DNA of 64,000 nt, from assembly GCF_009914755.1 (NCBI RefSeq), contig NC_060926.1; one strand, given 5' to 3'. Below are positions 49,070 to 64,000 of this stretch, in pieces (within the stretch, counting starts at the first letter, position 1; every line of letters begins with the position of its first letter). The position numbers and the translations under genes are program-made. The notes beneath the pieces are model-generated. The model ran no database searches and was not told the DNA's origin. It worked only from the letters and a program-made list of their open reading frames with translations. The DNA is from the human T2T-CHM13v2.0 reference genome, Homo sapiens.

Positions 49070-51010
49070 GCAGCAAATAGAGGAAAGTTCTTTTCAACAA
49101 ATGGTCCTGGGACAACTGGAGAACAACATGCAAAAGGATGACCTTGGACCCTGACCTCACACTGATATGGTTTGACTCTTTGTCCCCACCCAAATCTCAT
49201 CTGGTAGCTCCCATAATTCCCATGTGTTGTGGGAAGGACCCAGTGGTAGATGACTGAATCATGGGGGCAGGTCTTTCCTGTGCCGTTCTTGTGGTAGTGA
49301 ATGGGTCTCATGAGATCTGATGGTTTTAAAAATGGGAGTTTCCCTGCACAGTTTCTCTCTTTTGCCTGCTGCCATTCATGTAAGACGTGACTTGCTCCTC
49401 CTTGCCTTCTGCCATGATTGTGAGGCTTCCCCTGCCATGTGGAGTTGTAACTACAATTAAACCTCTTCTGTAAATTGCCCAGTCTTAGGTATGTCTTTAT
49501 CAGTAGTGAAAATGGACTAATATACCATATACAAAAATTAATGCAAAATGAATCAAAGACCTAAATGTAAGAGGTAGTATGTTATAAACATACTAGAAGA
49601 AAACTTGGGACTAAACAATAGTTTCTTAGATATGACACCAAAAGCATAAATGACCAAAGGAAAAATAGGTAAATTGGGTTTCATCAGAATTAAAGACTTT
49701 TGTGCTAAAAATGATACCCTAAAGAAAGTGAAAAGACAACTTAGAGAGTGGAGAAAATACTTGGAAATCACATACCAGATATAGGGTACTGGTATCCAGA
49801 ACACAGAAAGAACTCTTACAATTTAAGAATAAAAAGTCAAATAGCCCAATTAAAAATGGGCAAAGGATCTGAATGGGCATTCCTCCAAAGAAAACACACA
49901 TACGGTCAATGAGAGCACATGGGAAAGATGCTCAGCATCATTAGCTATCAGCAAATCAAAACCACAATGAGATATCACTTAACATCTATCAGGATGACAG
50001 TAGTAAAAAAGGAAAGATAATAACAAATGTTGATAAAGATGCGGAGAAACTGAAACTCTGGTACCTTGCTTACAAGAATGTAAAATAATGCAACCATTTT
50101 GGAAAACAGCTTGGCAGTTCCTCAAAAAGCAAAACATAGTTACCATATGACCCAGCAACTATATTCCTAGTATATACATAAAAGAACTGAAAACAGGTAC
50201 ACAAATACTTACATACACATGTTCACAGCAGCATTATTCATAATAGCCAAAAGTGGACACAACCCAAATGTCCACTAACTGATGAATGGATAAACAAAAT
50301 GAGGTATATCCATACAATGAGGTATTATCCAGAAATAATAATGAAGTACCGATACATGCTACAACATGGGTGTACCTTCAAAACATTATCCTAAGTGAAA
50401 GAATCCAGTCACAGGAGACCATGAAATGAATAACATGAAATGTCCATAATAGGCAAATCTATACAGACAGAAAGTAGATTACTGGTTGCCTAGGATTTGT
50501 GGGGAGGGGGAAATAGGGAGTGACTATGAATGGATATGGAGTTTCTTTTTGGGATACTAAAAACCTTCTAAACTTAGATCATGGTGATGGTTGCACAGTT
50601 CTGTAAATCACTAAAACCATAGTGTATTGCACAAAATCACTGCACTGTATCCCTTTTTTTTTTCTCAGTGTCTTGTTCTGTTCTGTTTTATGGGCTGGAG
50701 TGCAGTGGCATGATTATAGCTCACTGTAATCTCAAACTCCTGGGCGCAAGTGATCCTTCTGCCTTAGTCTCTGGAGTAGCTAAGACTACAGTTGTGAGAC
50801 ACCACACAAGGCTAATGTTTTTATTTTTAATAGAGATGATGTCTTGGTATGTTGCCCAGGCTGGTCTCAAACTCCTGGCCTCAAATGATCCTTCCTGCCT
50901 CGGCCTCCCAAAAAGCTGGGATTATAGACAGGAGCCACCATGCCTGGCTGTACTGTATGCTTTAAATGGGTGAACTATGTGGTGTGTTAATTATATCTCA
51001 ATAAAAATGT
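49070..51010 (+). mobile_element. L1MB/MC 3' region with nested THE1 LTR (49163-49524, +) and antisense AluJ (~50693-50949)
   Basis: L1 ORF2 C-terminal and 3' UTR text. THE1 termini tgatatggtttg...gactaatata. Confidence 0.85.
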
Positions 51011-51016
51011 TTTAAG

Positions 51017-51947
<931 letters not shown>

Positions 51948-52383
51948 CTAAAGGGCAGCCCTCGCTCACTACACCTTTCCTTAGAATGCCACGTACTATG
52001 TATTTTTACAGACATAGTCCCTACTCTCAAGTAACTTATACTTTAGATGGCAGGATGAGAGGCTCGTATGAATTAGGATAATACCGATGGAATGTGGCAA
52101 GCTTCAGAGGAGCTTGGAAGTAGCAGTGAGGTTCAGTCTGAAAGTCACTGAGTTGGGGACTGGTTAGGCTGCATGCAGGTGTTCTTTGAGAGCCTACCGT
52201 TTGAGACAACTCCACCCAGAATTCAGAACTTTGAAAGCCCCAGGTTACGAAACCAGCCTCCATCTTCCAGTCAGGCACTGGCAAATTGCTGAGAACCACA
52301 GAATCTCAGACCTGGAAGGGATCAGAAAGGCCCCTGAGCCCCTCCCTGTCTAATGTCTGAATTCTACCTACAGGACCCCTGGC

Positions 52384-52672
<289 letters not shown>

Positions 52673-53869
52673 AGACCCCTGACTTTCTTAAAGATCCCCA
52701 GAGAGTCACCACAAAGGTGGTCTGTTTATCCCATCTTTGGATGCCTGGGACCGTCAAACCTTTCTCCTTTGAGATTGGCTGCCATCCCTATACAGAGCTC
52801 TGCCATTAAGGCCACCTGGGCAGGCCCATCCTTCTGCGGTCTGAACCTCTGGCTCATTGACACTGACTGCCATGTGCCCTGTACCAGGTCTTCTCTCCTT
52901 AAGGCTACACAGATGTTCCTATCCCTTCCATGATTCCTCAGGGAGGTGATCTTGAGTTTCTCCTCTGGTCATTCTTAGAAATCACTAGGATTCCTTAGGG
53001 GAGCCTTAACAAGTAACAGCCTAACAACCAGAGCACTTGACTGACCACTGCAGAGACAAGCAGACCACGTGGCTTAAGTTCAAAATGATCACAGGCAGCC
53101 GGGGCACAGGTTGACACAGATGTGCCTGGCTGGACAGGAAAACTACTAAGTTGATTTCCCCCAGGGTATTACTAAAACACACCTTCTCCACCCTGTGCTT
53201 GTGGAATAGTATTCTTGGCCCTTGTACAGGAGAGCGCACCTCTCTCCTCAGCTGACCCAGACTTTAGAACAATCACTTTACAGTTGGTCAGATGGTAATG
53301 GACAGGAAAAAGAGGATGCAAAGAGAAAGTGGAGAAGGGCAGCAGAGAAACAAAGGGAAGAGTTCCCAGTCCATCAGTAAGCCATACCAAGTGCCATCAT
53401 TTAAAGACTTTCTCAGAAGACAAAAACAGAGACAGGATGTCTAAAACCTTTATCCAAGAGAGCTGTGAAGCGCCGTGGAATTGCAAAGGACTGGGGGAGG
53501 TATGTCTGCAAGGCCAGACAGTCCAGGAAGAAAGGGAAGCCTGAGCAGAGGGTACTGGACACATCCTACTCGACCAAAGCAGATGTGTTAATGCTGATGA
53601 AATGACATGAGCCAGCAGACACCTGAGGACACCTATGCTGGGAAGGCTGGCCCTGCGACCAGCAAGACCCTGAGACTCAATAGTTTTGCAGGAGCCAAGC
53701 TGTGCCTTTGCTAACTGAGCTCTTCATTTATTTGTTTATACCTGTCTGTACCACAAAAAAAATTGGAGGCACTTCAAAGGATGTACAAATTAAAGTAGAA
53801 ACGTATGAATAAAAATTAGGATCAAGAAAGGAATTTTGTATATATTCTCTTACTCAACTTCTACATTTC

Positions 53870-54430
53870 ACAGTTGAGAAAACTGGGACTCAAAACAATC
53901 AAGTCACCTGCCTAGGGTTTCACCATTACTAAGTGGCAGTTAGATTTGAATTGGGTAAAACATTTAAGCTCTTTCCTCTCTGCACCATGCTGCTTTTAAC
54001 TTTGGGCTTCTCTGTGGACACTCCCTAACCAGGCAGAGAGCAGAGTGGTCAGGAGCTCAGACTCTGAAACCACACCACTGAATTCAAGCCGGGCTTCACT
54101 ACGTACTGCCGCAGGTGACCCTGGGCAGGTTACTAAATCTCCCTGCTCCTCAGTTTCCCTGCCTGTGAGATGGGGATGATTGTAGCACCTACATCCCCAG
54201 GAATGTGATGAAAGTTAAATGAGCTAATATTACTAATACACTTTTAGAACAGTTCCTGGCACACGGGAGCACTAAACCACATTATAAACTAGCTAAACTA
54301 GACGTGAACTTGGGTGAGCAGCTCAACCTTTCAAGCCATCATCTGTAAGATGGAGATGATACTGGGATATCTCCCAGTCACAATGACTAAAGGAGATAAT
54401 ATATATAAAGCATCCATACATGTCAGTTAT
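53870..54430. mobile_element. Cluster of MIR fragments
   Basis: MIR core motifs (ctcagtttccctgcctgtgagatggggatgat; catctgtaagatggagatgat). Confidence 0.65.
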
Positions 54431-54611
54431 CATCCCTCTCATGCTACTTTATTTAAAATCATCTCTTCCTCCATCCTGGGCTAAATGTTATCAGATAATC
54501 CAGCCACTAAAATAATCAGTGACATAAGCATTTGATATGTCACTTGATTTGGAAACATAAATGTAAGCTGAAAGAAAAATCTTGCAATGCAATGTGAATT
54601 CATTAAAATTA

Positions 54612-54908
<297 letters not shown>

Positions 54909-55220
54909 GGGGAGAAAAGAAAAAAGAAAGAATTTCTTTGTTGTTTACTTTATAGCATCAGGGCAAATTAATTCCAGGAGAGGAGCCCTAGAGCCTGTTG
55001 GGTTGAGCCCACCTCATCCCACACCCCAGCTGCAGTAAATGGGAGAAGGATACTGTGGAGTAGTTAGTGGTGGGTTTTTAGAAGAAGGTTGTCTTTGGTT
55101 TTGGAGTGCTGAGATTAAGTGCTTTCCCCTCTGAGTTCAAACTTTTATTAACATATATTTGTCACACAGTAGACTAATGATATTATAGTTTGAGCATATG
55201 CTTGGCAATGTTTTCATTTA

Positions 55221-55367
<147 letters not shown>

Positions 55368-55713
55368 TCAATTAGGTATTATGATGTAGTCATGTGAGAA
55401 TCATGAGATGCAATGTGAAACTGAAAACGGAATCCTAAATGAGTCTGCCTGCTATGCAGCATAAAACTACAATCTTTAAGTTGACATTGGGGTGAAAGGA
55501 AGGGGCCATTTCCTATTTTCCTGACAAGATAAACTAGTCATTTATGACTGTCTTTGTTATAAGCAAACACAGAAAAAACTTTTTTTGCAAGAGCACTGTA
55601 ACAAAATCTGAATCACAATGTCAATTATTGAACTTAAAATCAAGTAATAGACTTGAACTACAGAATCTCGGCTTCAATCTTTTGTGACCTGAAAATTCTG
55701 TCAGTCCTTAAAA

Positions 55714-55744
<31 letters not shown>

Positions 55745-55887
55745 CAGTTTATTCACAGTACGTCTAAAGAATTCTACCCGGAAGTGAGGCCGACTGGGAA
55801 ATGAGACAGGACCATTAGTTACCCTTAAGATGACCTAAAAAATATTTTTTACAGATCTGATAAATTCACACTATTATATAGTTTAAT

Positions 55888-55909
55888 ACACACACACACA
55901 CACACACAC
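55888..55909. repeat. (AC)11 microsatellite
   Basis: Direct read. Confidence 0.9.
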
Positions 55910-56724
55910 GACTTGGAGAAAAGAGCTGAGTCTAGTCTTAGTTTTAGAAATCTCATTTTTACTAAGTTCTCCAGTGACACAAACCGCAAGCTAAAAAGTT
56001 TCAACCAAAATTTAAGAACCACTGCTTTAAACAATTCTGTTCTTGAAAAAACAAATGCAAGAAATAAAGAGAAAGTAATCCATTTTCTAAATAAAGGGGC
56101 AGTTTTTTTTTCAAAAAAATTGCATCTAGCATAATATATTATACATAATAGATGCAAAATATTTCTTAATATTTGAGGATGAGAATACAATGAAGTGTTG
56201 CTGGGAGTGTTTTAAAAACTTTAAAATTCTCATTTAAAACAGGCTTCCCATGACAACTTGGACAAGTTGGGATTATGTATAATGATAAGTGAACAGGATG
56301 CTATCAATTTGTGTAAAAGTGGGTTTGGGCAGGGGGCATGGCAGAGCACACACACACAAAATATTTCTCATATACACAAGAAACCGGTGACACTGGTTAT
56401 CTTTAAATATGGAGGGTAAATGGGGAGCAGGGATGAGAAGGTGTTTCACTGAGACTCTTTAATACCTTTTGAATTTTCAATCTTGAAAACCTAATATTAC
56501 CTATTCTTCTCTTCAGCCCCAGAAAAGGTGTTACATTCAGTGCATACACTTCCCTTATTTTGATTTAAAAAAAAAAATAAAAGAAAAGGGTGTGAAGGCA
56601 AGCCCAGTGTCTGTAGCACATATCAGACTGTGCCTTAATTCCTGGAGCGAGTCCACCTCACCCACAGCCTAAGCAGCACAGGGCGCAGGTCTATCTCCCC
56701 TGCTGCCTTGTGGCTGGCGCCCAG

Positions 56725-56736
56725 CATGACGTCATG
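56725..56736. promoter_or_regulatory. Full CRE palindrome CATGACGTCATG in intron 2, with AP-1 TGACTCA at 56768-56774
   Basis: Exact motifs read from the sequence. Function not shown. Confidence 0.4.
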
Positions 56737-57429
56737 AACGTGGTGGGCCTCAATAAATATTGGTTGGTGACTCAAGGGAGGCTGAATGTAACATAAGCCT
56801 TATTCTTATAAATTTCCTTTTCCCCTACACTTCCTAAGTCAGTAAAGTGAGACAGAAGACTAGATTGCAAGGTTGGATTTCTATGTTTAGACATGAAAAA
56901 AGGGCAATTTTCAACTAGGTTTGACTGGTATATATGTAAAAAAAGACACCTGCCAAGTTCCTCCTTGATTAATTCTATCACTTATTAGGATATAAGGGTG
57001 ACCTGGCTCAAACACCCGTCATCATTTTTAGTATTCGATATTTAACAGTATTCAAGGGCCTTCAGGGAAATTTAATTAACCATATTTTAGATTAACTTAC
57101 AATAGCTAAGGGAAAAGCCCTCTTTTGTTAAATAAGGGCATGAAGAGCAGTGCACGGTGAGAGCTACTCTCCCAGGCATCCAGGCCAAGGTAGAGAGCCT
57201 GAGCAGCTACTGGGCACTGTGCACTTACCAAATACAGCCAGCTGTACAGGCTCACTCCGGCTGTGCACTCAGTCTTTACTCAGACGTGCCTTTGAATGTC
57301 TGAGGCATCCTTTGACCAAGCATGCCTCTCCAACATTAGCCATCTTGAGGGCTCTCACTGAATTTTTCTCCTAGTTCTACACAGTTGACCCAAAGCAGGG
57401 GGATCTACAGTCCCAGGGGCGGTACTTAC

Positions 57430-57553
57430 TTGAGGATGTCTTTTAATAACAAGCTGGGCCTTCTCATCTTGCTTTGAGCTCGGGTGTACCATTGCAGGGA
57501 AGGCCTCGAGCAATCACTTCTCAGTTTCACATAGGTGTACTCACTTGGCATTG
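57430..57553 (-). CDS. ST3GAL5: ST3GAL5 exon 2 (124 bp): cytoplasmic tail (x)[41 protein letters not shown]
   Basis: Acceptor tcttcacag|CA ATG CCA, donor CTCAA|gtaagt. Peptide appears in ORF 57426..57650 and matches the recalled GM3 synthase N-terminus. Phase fits exon 3. Confidence 0.97.
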
Positions 57554-57639
57554 CTGTGAAGAGAGGCGAAGAGGGCAGTGGGGAAAAAGAGAGGAGAGAG
57601 TTAGGAGGATGGATTATGGTTTTCAAAGAGCCTTTATAT

Positions 57640-58385
<746 letters not shown>

Positions 58386-58790
58386 AAAAGGACCTTTTAC
58401 CTTTTAGAGCTACATACAGAAATATCTACAGATCAAATAGCAAAAATGAGATCTGCTTCAAGAACTCAGGAAGGGGATAAGTGGAGGGCCAGGGAGAATA
58501 GATAAAACTAACTTTAAGCTGATAACTTACTAAACCTGGGAGATGGGTCTAGGGCTCACTACACAATTCTCCCCACTTCTGTGTATGGTTAAAATTTATA
58601 TAATAAAAAAGTTTAAAAAGAAAGTTACATTAAAAGCAGAAGTGTTACATCAAAAAAAAAAAGAAAAAAAGAGAGAATATGGCAATTTAAAAACACTTTT
58701 CTTAAAAAATATGTTGTGTGCCTGCCTATTTATTCTTTTGAAATAATTTTATTAGCAATTTTCAAGTTCTAAATAATATTCCAATAGTAC

Positions 58791-59250
58791 TGTAGTAGGG
58801 ATTGGTCCGTCTCCCCCATATTCGCTTTCCCCTAACTCAACTTAATACAGCTCTGGATTTTTAGTGGGGCATAGTACCTCCCAGAATGAAGACTACATTT
58901 CCCAGTCTCCCTTGGAGCTAGGACTCAAGACTAAGTTTTAGCCAATGGGATATGAGCAGAAGCATCCTGTGCAATTCTCAAGGTGCTTCCCTTGGCATAC
59001 TCTGGCTTCTCCTGTATCCCCTCTGCCTCCTGACTGAAATATGGACCATGATCTGCCACTCTGGACCACACAGAGAGGACATTACTCAAGGATGGTGGAA
59101 CAACAAGAGAAGGAGCTGGGGCCCCTGGGACAATCCCATAGGGCAGAGAGCTGCCACTCTACTTCTGGACTGGTCTATGATAGAGGAATAAGCTTCTGTC
59201 TTGTTTAAGGAATGGTTAATTAAAGGCAAAATTATATCTTAACTAATATA
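58791..59250 (+). mobile_element. Old MLT1-type LTR
   Basis: tgtagtagg start, actacatttcccag internal motif, cttaactaatata end. Confidence 0.6.
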
Positions 59251-61306
59251 GGCACTAGTTACTATTATAATAAATGCATATATTAATTTAAGAAATAATG
59301 TCTTCACTATAGTTTTTAGTTGGATGGAAGAAGTTATATCTCATTCATTATTCACTTCATTTTTCCCGTTAGGGTTTTACCATCTTCTTTGAAAAAAATC
59401 TGTTTATCTTAAACTAAACAGGCATTCAAGTTTTTTTTTTCTGCTACTGTAAACAATCTCTTCCTTAACTCCTTAATTCTAATTCTGTGTAGCAAGAGTT
59501 TTTATCATTATGTATAATTCTATCAAAATAGTTTCAATAAGTGTTGAGGGCCTTATTAATAAACCTTTGCTGAAGAATCTGCTGAATTATTAAATGAGAA
59601 GTTAGAACAACTGAGATCCTGGAAGGTTTTCAAATACCACAATTCTGTGGTTACTTCATGTACAGTCAGCCAAGTGGTGGGAATCAGCAGGCTACCTGTA
59701 GCCTGTGCATATTTAAAATGGAAACTTCTGAGATGACTGGAATGATACTCAGTTCACACCAAAGTGGACCTCCAGAGAACAAAGATGACTGTGGTAAGAG
59801 TATGAGAAAGACTCCAGGGCTTCCGCCTCCAGGTGCTCTGTTGCTGAGCCAGACAGTGCTCTGGCTCTTGTTCTACTCTGCCCGTCAGACTATAAGCCTG
59901 TAAATATTTTCCGAACTCTCTCTTACCAGCTGGCTTCTCGTAAAGTTGTGATCCTAGGATGTGCTGGTGAAAGACTGGGAGGCAATCTTTCTTTTCCCCT
60001 GACTTGGTGAAGCTTTGGATAGCAGTAGTAGCAGGCAAGGGAAGGTGTCTACATGTGACTCCTGCAGCAGTCGTGTGCATTCGGATTCTTGGGTTTTTAG
60101 GCAGCAGATGCTGTGGCACTTCCAGTAACTTTGTGACAAGTACAAGCTTCAGACTAGGGGTGACAATGGCTCCCTGAAGACCAAATCCATCTCTCTAATG
60201 TGGACCTCTCACCTAAGCCCAGACCTGTATACCTAATGTCTTGTTTGCTATCTTCACCTCAAGCAACATTCCTAAATGGAACCTGGCATTTTCTTCTATT
60301 CCTTTCATTCTTTGGTATCTGAACCATCTGTTCAGCCATAAGATGAAAACCTGCAGGTCAACCAGACTTTCATTCTCAACCCCAGTCAATCCCCAGGGCC
60401 TGCCAATAATACCTCCTGAATTTTTCCTGTTCACTACATGCCTTTAATAGAAGTCACTTACCTCGAATGCCCTGATCTCAATTTTATCGCCTCAAAGCCG
60501 TCTTTCAAAAATACATATCTGCCTACTGGTTCCCAGCTTATTTCAGATTCTGTGACTCCATGTGACAAACCTGTCTATCACACTGCACAAAGAAGTACTG
60601 TTAGAAACCTGGATGTGCCAAATTGTTACTTCAGTGCCTTTGCACAGGATGTGCTCACAATCTGGAATCCCACCCAATAATCTGCCTGCTGAGCTACTTT
60701 TCATCCTTAAACCCAGCTCAAGCATCTCTTTCCTTATCTCTGAGGTCATTTTTCACCACCACATCCATCCCTGGGCACGTCCCTATCTCTGTTTACCACA
60801 ATGAACTGAATTTTCTTTTGCAGACTCCTGGAGGAATGAGCTGCAGAGCCAGAACTCTGTTCACCTTTGTATCCCTAAAACCTAGGACAGAGATTGGCAC
60901 ACAGCAGCCCCTTAAGAAACATCTCGAATGGAATGAAATGTGCATTACATGTTTGTAGCCTGTCATCAAACAAGATAAACTTCCAAGAAAAGCATTTTCT
61001 CAATACTGATTAAGAGTAAAACTAAAACTGAATGTTAACAGAAATTATAATGGCAAGAATAAAGCATAAACTCTATTGAAACATCTAAAATGGCTGGGTG
61101 TGGTAGCTCACACCTTTGGGAGACTGGGATGGGATGATCACTTGAGGCCAGGAGTTTGAGACCAGCCTGGGCAACACAGTGAGACCCTGCCTCTACAAAA
61201 AAATAATAATAAATGAAACATCAAAAATGTCCAACAGCAGGAAATTTGTTGGTAAATTACAGCACAAACTACATGAATACTCTACAGTCCTTAAGATCTT
61301 GCTACA

Positions 61307-61450
61307 CAGCAGGGTCTCTGACTGACAGCATCAGTGTAACCTGGAAGTGGGTTAGAAATGCAGAGTCTCAGGCCCGCCCCAGTCTTGCTGACTCAGCATT
61401 TTAATGAGATCCTGGGACATTCATATGCATATTAAAGTTTGAGAAGCACT
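61307..61450 (+). mobile_element. MER5A (hAT-Charlie MITE) remnant
   Basis: gttagaaatgcagagtctcaggcccgcccc...cattttaatgagatcc...aagtttgagaagcact. Confidence 0.8.
61386..61398. promoter_or_regulatory. Perfect T-MARE (TGCTGACTCAGCA) with adjacent GC box, inside a MER5A remnant
   Basis: Exact 13-bp consensus with an AT-rich flank (TTTT). GGCCCGCCCC at 61371-61380. Function not shown. Confidence 0.55.
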
Positions 61451-61573
61451 AGCTTAAAGTACTCAGTACTTCACATTTATTGACACTGAAAAATATAAGA
61501 AAAAGGCAGTTTTATAAAAATCTATGCATCTACACATGTAGTTACCTCCTGGGATATATCTATTAAAGGTATG

Positions 61574-61997
61574 TGCTCTGTGGTGGGCAGGCATATGCAA
61601 ACCCACCCCCAAAGGCCAAGGAAGAGGCTGATGAATCCAGTTTCTCAGAAAGAAACGTGTGATGGGGACTTACGAACAGAAGCCATGTCCTGGGTGGCGG
61701 CGAGACAGGATAATGGTTGCCCATGCTATTACTCCCCAGACTGAGGGTGTATACACCCAGGTCTTAAATACCATACTGAAGGAATGTATAGGACATTGAC
61801 ATCCAACCCTCAGGAAAATGCAAGAATTTGCCGAAGGGCAGGACTTATGGTATAACGGCAAGACTGTTTTGACCTAAGGGCAAGATTTACAGTAAGTATA
61901 TGAAAGTAGAAACCTTAGAAGCCTTCCTGGGACTGGGGTTAGTCAGAAGTCAACATGGCAGATTAGCATCCAAGATGGCATTGCTTTAGCCTCCACA
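61574..61997 (-). mobile_element. Solo ERV LTR (resembles LTR47/ERVL class), same orientation as ST3GAL5
   Basis: Minus strand starts TGTGGAGGCTAAAGCAATGCCATCTTGG and ends ...CAGAGCA (TG...CA). 5-bp TSD GTATG/GTATA. TATA-like TATTTAAG at 61770-61763. Confidence 0.8.
61674..61686 (-). CDS. ST3GAL5: ST3GAL5 alternative first coding exon (ATG GCT TCT GTT C = MASV + first base of P), inside a solo LTR
   Basis: Strong Kozak context gacATGG and perfect donor GTAAGT (61673-61668). The phase-1 C joins CA of exon 2 to give CCA (Pro), in frame with MPSEY. Matches my recollection of the 395-aa MASVPMPSEY isoform. Confidence 0.85.
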
Positions 61998-62337
61998 GTA
62001 TAAGAGTTTGACTTCCCAAGAAGTTTCATCAAATCCCTCTACTTCAGCTCAGCAGGCATTACTTCTTCTGATTTGCAAGGGACCATGTGGATTCCACGTC
62101 CCTCAACATCACAAGAGAAGGGCCAAGCTGGGAACAACAGACAAACGGCAGAGTGGCCTCTCCATGATCCCTTGGAGAAGCCAGGGCTTATCAGCTGAAA
62201 GTCATGATCACCTTGACACCATCTGGACTGTTTTCACTCATTTCTTTTGTTTGCGATTTTCTGTTCGGTGAAAAGGTGGCAGTTGAAGGTTGGATTACAT
62301 GAACATTGAATCAGGGGCATGCTTTGTTAATTGCTAG

Positions 62338-63415
<1,078 letters not shown>

Positions 63416-64000
63416 TGGTGGTGCAATTGTGAGTGAGTTTATTTCTTTTTGCATTCCTTTTTTTTTTTTTTACTACCTGAATTCCATACATTACCAGTTC
63501 TATTTTTGAAAAACTGAAACTATTTTCACTTAGGGAGGAAATCCTTAAGCTACGATTGAAATTTAAGCTATGAAAAGACATTTGAAAATCACCCAAATAA
63601 AATATTTTTAGGATCCCTTGATCATCTCTTTAGTATGGGACAAAAATATCCCCAAAATTAAGCATTTAGGCTTAAAAAGCAGAAACAAATCATGAGGAAC
63701 TTCACTAAGAAAGGACCACACGTTTGCTGAACTGGAAAAAAACAGATTTATGGAGGTGCAAAATAAAGGATGTCAGCACTAAGCAAGTCCAGTTTGCCTC
63801 AGCGGGCAGGAACTGGGTTGCTCCCTTTCTGTGGAAGCCTCACTGGGCTTCCAAAGAGATGGTGAGTGAATCCCAACGGACAAAGGATGACAGAGGCCCC
63901 TCCCTTCAGAAGGCTCACACTTTCTCACCTGATCTGTTCTGGCACTGCAGCTTCAGCTAGAGACACAGGGTGTCACAAATAGCTCCCCACACTGAAGCCA

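Overview
Primate (human-like) genomic DNA, dense in Alu, L1 and LTR repeats, carrying the 3' two-thirds of ST3GAL5 (GM3 synthase, GT29 sialyltransferase) on the minus strand. Six coding exons (57553-57430, 55356-55245, 42289-41946, 40648-40462, 38638-38480, 34470-34222) have canonical AG/GT boundaries and join in frame. The 3' UTR is about 1 kb and ends just past AATAAA at 33245-33240. The main exon 1 lies beyond the window. An alternative first coding exon (M-A-S-V-P, 61686-61674) sits inside a sense-oriented solo LTR with a perfect MAF element about 280 bp away. Intron 3 holds a 141-bp stop-containing cassette exon bracketed by an unexplained ~135-145 bp direct repeat. Exon 3 encodes Arg where I recall the reference protein has His104. 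The first 33 kb is intergenic. It contains a 7SK pseudogene fragment, a perfect 30-bp inverted repeat, a 33-bp templated copy at a repeat junction, an AT-rich palindromic expansion inside an MLT2A LTR, a GC/CpG-rich patch and a decayed ~5 kb L1. I see no CRISPR, tRNA, rRNA or prokaryote-type system, and I cannot claim a wholly new biological system. The best leads are regulatory or structural. Repeat subfamily names and comparisons to reference sequences are from memory, and repeat boundaries are approximate unless TSDs are given.
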